Of a stretch of 64,000 bases of DNA, positions 60,340 through 64,000 are shown one piece after another. The number at the start of each line of letters is the position of its first letter. Position 1 is the stretch's first letter. The stretch covers positions 64,001-128,000 of the forward strand of contig JBOEGF010000043.1 of NCBI GenBank assembly GCA_050633305.1, in the 5' to 3' direction. The position numbers and the translations under genes were made by a program. Under the pieces are notes generated by a model, which did not search any database, was not told where the DNA came from, and saw only the letters and a program-made list of their open reading frames with translations. The DNA comes from Nannocystales bacterium (lineage in GTDB: Bacteria; Myxococcota_A; Polyangia; Nannocystales; Nannocystaceae).

Positions 60340-60475
60340 GAGCCACCGCCGGGAACGGCGCTTCACTCATAGTGGTCTCGATTGGTGGGCCGGGGCAAGC
60401 CGCGACCGTCAGTTGCCCTATTCGGGGAAAATCGCCTCAGTCGTGTTCGGGCTCGATCCCTGCTAACGTCCGCGC

Positions 60476-61048
60476 GTGGTGGCCGCTTCCGCAGCACATC
60501 GTCTTGGCTCCTTCGTGGCCCTCGCGACGCTCGTTCTGAGCAGCGCGTGCTTCGACTCGGATCAGAAGTCCTCGCCGCGCTCCGTGGGCACGACCGGCGA
60601 GCCGGACCCCACGACGACCTCCGATGGGTCGTCCTCTTCGGGGAGCCTCGAGTCGACGACGATGGAGCCGGAGTTCACCTGCCGAGATGCGGTTGTGTGC
60701 ATCCAGCAGTGCGCGTTCGACCTGGCGATCAACCCCAGCGTTGAGCCTGACCTCGGGTGCCTGCTCGACTGCGTCGAGGAGAATCTGACCGTCCGTGAGA
60801 CCTACCACCTGCTGCAGCTGAGCAACTGCGCCGCGGACGAGTGCGAGCAGACCAACGAGTGCATGCCCGAGGGCGCAGGTACCGGCGGCGACACCGACAC
60901 CGACACCGACACGACCGGTGGGGGAGGTGGCGACGATGGCGGCGGAATCATCGACCCGTGCCTGCAGTGCATCTTCCTCGAGATGAGCAACCCCGAGCCG
61001 ACCGTCTGCGTCGAGTTCCACGAACTCTGCAACGAGATGCCGGACTAG
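60476..61048 (+). CDS. Cys-rich lipoprotein
   Basis: Lipobox SSAC; CxxxC pairs; DT repeat. Confidence 0.75.
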   Translation: MVAASAAHRLGSFVALATLVLSSACFDSDQKSSPRSVGTTGEPDPTTTSDGSSSSGSLESTTMEPEFTCRDAVVCIQQCAFDLAINPSVEPDLGCLLDCVEENLTVRETYHLLQLSNCAADECEQTNECMPEGAGTGGDTDTDTDTTGGGGGDDGGGIIDPCLQCIFLEMSNPEPTVCVEFHELCNEMPD

Positions 61049-61115
61049 AGCGCCGATCGGTTCTAAATCGGCGAGCGACGCACTCTGCAGGCCGTTTCGA
61101 CGATCGCCGCTCTCG
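61045..61115. repeat. Short CTAG-anchored inverted-repeat element
   Basis: ctagagcgccgatcg ... cgatcgccgctctcg, 13/15 inverted match. Confidence 0.55.
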
Positions 61116-61162
61116 CTGTGCGGGGGTCCAGCCGACGCTGGGCCCCGGCGCACAGTCTCGAG

Positions 61163-62062
61163 CTACTCGCAGTCGATCGGGACCTGCGTGATGTAGCCGC
61201 CGCGCGCGAACCAGTGTAGGTGGCGAACGGTGCACGTGAGGGCCCCCGAGTGCTCCGCTGTGACTGTGATGTCGCCCGCTTCGGTGTCAGCGACGTTGAA
61301 CAAGACCGCAGCGGGGAGGGTGGCAAACCCGATCTCGGTCGAGTCGAGGACCGGCGCACCGTTCTCGCTTGGCGCGTAGAACGTGCCCGCGGGGGGCGGT
61401 GGATCGATGGTCAAGGTGACCGTCCCCGACTCGATCGCGGCCGGGTTGACGCGCAAGATGACGATGCCCTGGTCGAGATCGGCGGGCTCGGGGTCCTGAG
61501 ACTCGAGCGCATTGAGCTGCGCCTCGATGAAGGGTCCCTGGACCGACGTGGCGTCGACGTCGTCCCGGTCTTGAGTGCCCGTCCGCTCGGGGACGATACT
61601 GCCCGCGTACGGCGGCTTTCCGTCGGGTTGAGCCTCTATGATGATGTTGACCGGCGTATCTGGAACCAGGCTTTCGAACGTGAAGGCTCCGCTGGCGTCG
61701 GTGGTGGTGGTGGCCGCCGCGTCGATATCGAGGCTCACGGTCAGCCCTTCGATGCCCAGAATGCCCAGGAAGTCGGTGACTGCGCCGCCCAGGCTGACTT
61801 CCGAGGGGAGTGAGCCCGTCGAGGAGCTGTCGGCCTCGCCTGGCCCGCTGCTGCTGGAACTCGCGGGCGCGTCCGTCGTGCTGCTGCTCGAGGCCGAGGG
61901 GTCCAACATCGCTCCGGAGCTGCTGCTCCCCTCGGTCGTTGTGGTGCCCACGGCTCCGGTCGAACCGGCGACGTTTCCGGGGTCGGAGTCGTCCCCGCAT
62001 CCTGGGGCGATGAGCCCCATCGTTGACAGGCAAGTGCAAACCAAGCGCATCGAAGCTTTCAT
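61163..62062 (-). CDS. Lipoprotein with a carboxypeptidase-regulatory-like (Ig-like) domain
   Basis: Lipobox APGC; S/T tether; G.V.D...TTTDASGAFTF. Confidence 0.75.
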   Translation of the reverse strand: MKASMRLVCTCLSTMGLIAPGCGDDSDPGNVAGSTGAVGTTTTEGSSSSGAMLDPSASSSSTTDAPASSSSSGPGEADSSSTGSLPSEVSLGGAVTDFLGILGIEGLTVSLDIDAAATTTTDASGAFTFESLVPDTPVNIIIEAQPDGKPPYAGSIVPERTGTQDRDDVDATSVQGPFIEAQLNALESQDPEPADLDQGIVILRVNPAAIESGTVTLTIDPPPPAGTFYAPSENGAPVLDSTEIGFATLPAAVLFNVADTEAGDITVTAEHSGALTCTVRHLHWFARGGYITQVPIDCE

Positions 62063-62144
62063 GTCGATCTTCCTCGCCTGGGAGCGTAGCAGGGCTCGCT
62101 CGGGGCTACCGCCTGGGGCGCCGGTGCGATAGAAACGGAGCGAG

Positions 62145-63641
62145 ATGATGCGTGCCTCCGTCACCGTCGGCATCTGTTTGGGCCTTTGCGTGCTCGCCTC
62201 CGACGCGAATGCGGCTGAAGAGCCCGCAGCGGAGGGAACCGCCTCGGCCAGCATCGGTGGCCCCAAGGGGAAGGCCGAGTTTGAGGCCTCTCAAAAGACG
62301 GAGCGCGAGGAACTCGAGGAGACTCAGTACAAGCGCACCGATCAGCCGTGGATCAAGCGCTGGAGGCCGGAGCGGCACATGGTCGAGCTCGGCATCTACG
62401 GCGGAGTGTTCCTCGCCAACCCCGACCACGACTTCTACGACCCGAAGACACAACCGCAGGAGCCGCTGTGGGCCGTGTCTCCCGACGTCGGGTTGCGCTT
62501 GGGCTACTTCCCGCTGCGTGTGCTCGGGGTCGAGGGCGAGTTCTCCGCCAACCCAACGCGCGTCCGAAGCATCACCAACGACTTCGCGTTTGTGTACGGC
62601 TTTCGCGGACACGCCGTCGCGCAGTTGCCGTTCCACTCCGTGACCCCGTTCTTCCTGGCCGGGTACGGCGCGATGGGTGTTCGATCGAACATCATCCTGC
62701 TGGGGAACGACATCGATCCTGCGTTCCACTACGGCGGTGGTGTGAAGGCGTACTTCAACCGGTGGATCGGCGCCCGCATCGAGATGCGGAACATCGTCAG
62801 CGCCGCGCAGAACCGGCAGGACTCCGGTATCTCGCACCTGCAGATCCTCGCGGGCCTCACGTTCACGTTCAATCGAAGCAAGCCGCAGCCGTTGCCACCT
62901 CCGGCCGCGTACGTGGATCCCGACCGCGATCGGGACGGCTTCCTCAACGAAAAAGACGACTGTCCAGACGCTGCAGGTGTCGAGCCCGACGGCTGCCCGG
63001 ACACCGACGGCGATGGCTTCAAGGACTCGATCGACGCGTGTCCTGAGGTCCCGGGCGTCGCGCCTGAAGGCTGCCCGGACAAGGACACCGATGGCGACCG
63101 CATCATGGACTCGGTCGACAAGTGCATCGACGAGCCCGAGGTCTACAACGGCCTCGACGACACCGACGGTTGCCCCGACGAGCTACCGCCGGAGATCAAG
63201 GAGTTCGAGGGGGCCATCGAAGGCATCACCTTCGACTTCGGCAAGGCGACCATCCGCTCCTCGTCCAAGCCCGACCTCGACAAGGCTGTGGCGGTCATGA
63301 CCGAGTACGAGGACGTCCGCGTGATGATCACCGGTCACACCGACAACGTGGGTGAGCCCGAGGCCAACCTGCAGCTCTCTGCGGACCGCGCGGAGGCGGT
63401 GAAGAAGTACCTCACCGACGCTGGCATTGACGGTGGTCGCATCGAGACCGAGGGCAAGGGCGACACCAGTCCTCGCGACACCAACGACACCGAAGCGGGC
63501 CGTGCGAAGAACCGTCGCATCGAGTTTGTTGTCCTGGTCCGCGGGCCGAACGAGGCTGATGCCGAAGGCGAAAAAAAGCCGGCCCGCGGGTCCAAGCCTG
63601 CAGACGGCCCCAAAGCTGCGGCCGACGCCAAGTCCCAGTAA
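62145..63641 (+). CDS. OmpA-family protein with TSP3-like repeats
   Basis: N-terminal barrel; DxDxDG..D..D.CP repeats; ITGHTDNVG, LSADRA and NRRIEF motifs. Confidence 0.95.
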   Translation: MMRASVTVGICLGLCVLASDANAAEEPAAEGTASASIGGPKGKAEFEASQKTEREELEETQYKRTDQPWIKRWRPERHMVELGIYGGVFLANPDHDFYDPKTQPQEPLWAVSPDVGLRLGYFPLRVLGVEGEFSANPTRVRSITNDFAFVYGFRGHAVAQLPFHSVTPFFLAGYGAMGVRSNIILLGNDIDPAFHYGGGVKAYFNRWIGARIEMRNIVSAAQNRQDSGISHLQILAGLTFTFNRSKPQPLPPPAAYVDPDRDRDGFLNEKDDCPDAAGVEPDGCPDTDGDGFKDSIDACPEVPGVAPEGCPDKDTDGDRIMDSVDKCIDEPEVYNGLDDTDGCPDELPPEIKEFEGAIEGITFDFGKATIRSSSKPDLDKAVAVMTEYEDVRVMITGHTDNVGEPEANLQLSADRAEAVKKYLTDAGIDGGRIETEGKGDTSPRDTNDTEAGRAKNRRIEFVVLVRGPNEADAEGEKKPARGSKPADGPKAAADAKSQ

Positions 63642-63668
63642 CCACGGACTTTGCGCTTGAATCCAACC

Positions 63669-63696
63669 ATCCCAGGCACCCGCCCGTGCCTGGGAT
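63669..63696 (+). terminator. Hairpin after the OmpA-family gene
   Basis: Perfect 11-bp stem atcccaggcac/gtgcctgggat. Confidence 0.5.
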
Positions 63697-63746
63697 TGAA
63701 GGGTATGGTTCGACCGCGCCATTCACGGCGAAAGGTCTGAATTCCT

Positions 63747-64000
63747 ATGCTCCGCACTCGTCCTGCCCGTTGGTTGTCTGGTCTGTTCCTCCTCTCCGCG
63801 TTCGCGACCGCTGGCGAAGCGCAAGCGGGGGGAGCGTTGTTTGAGGAGGTCGACGACGCGTTGACCAACGGATGTGGGGCGGGTGAGTGCTGGACCAACC
63901 ACCTGCGGGTGAGTGACCTCGACGGCGACGGTGACCTCGACATCGTGCTGGTGAACTACGGTGGGTTCTTCTCGAACGGCACCGCACAGGAACTCGTGAT
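63747..64000 (+). CDS. FG-GAP/VCBS-repeat secreted protein (partial; runs off the window)
   Basis: MLRTRPARWLSGLFLLSAFATAGEAQA signal; DLDGDGDLDIVLVN. Confidence 0.75.
   Translation, partial: MLRTRPARWLSGLFLLSAFATAGEAQAGGALFEEVDDALTNGCGAGECWTNHLRVSDLDGDGDLDIVLVNYGGFFSNGTAQELV

Overview
A very GC-rich chromosomal window that looks like Myxococcota, probably Nannocystaceae-like. This is inferred from the many Cys-rich lipoproteins with S/T/G/D tethers, a MYXO-CTERM-like tail, GKAD motifs and a Hanks-type kinase. Housekeeping content includes murJ, rnpB, upp, sdhCAB, and aceB-aceA with a divergent RamB/ScfR-type regulator. Many envelope and peptidoglycan enzymes are also present (VanY-like, MepA-like, VanW, Tae4-like amidase). 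The most notable observations are: (1) a hidden selenoprotein, a lipoprotein-anchored peroxiredoxin-like protein split in the ORF track by an in-frame TGA in a U-x-x-C motif with a SECIS-like hairpin directly downstream; (2) a predicted TIR-like/TM/DUF1566 membrane receptor gene immediately followed by a His/Cys caspase-fold-like (DUF4347-like) gene; (3) an orphan Tae4 amidase fused to a PG-binding domain; (4) several apparent pseudoenzymes; (5) short CTAG-anchored intergenic elements with terminal inverted repeats. No CRISPR array, tRNA, rRNA, transposase or prophage was seen. All family calls come from motif recognition by eye; no database searches were run.
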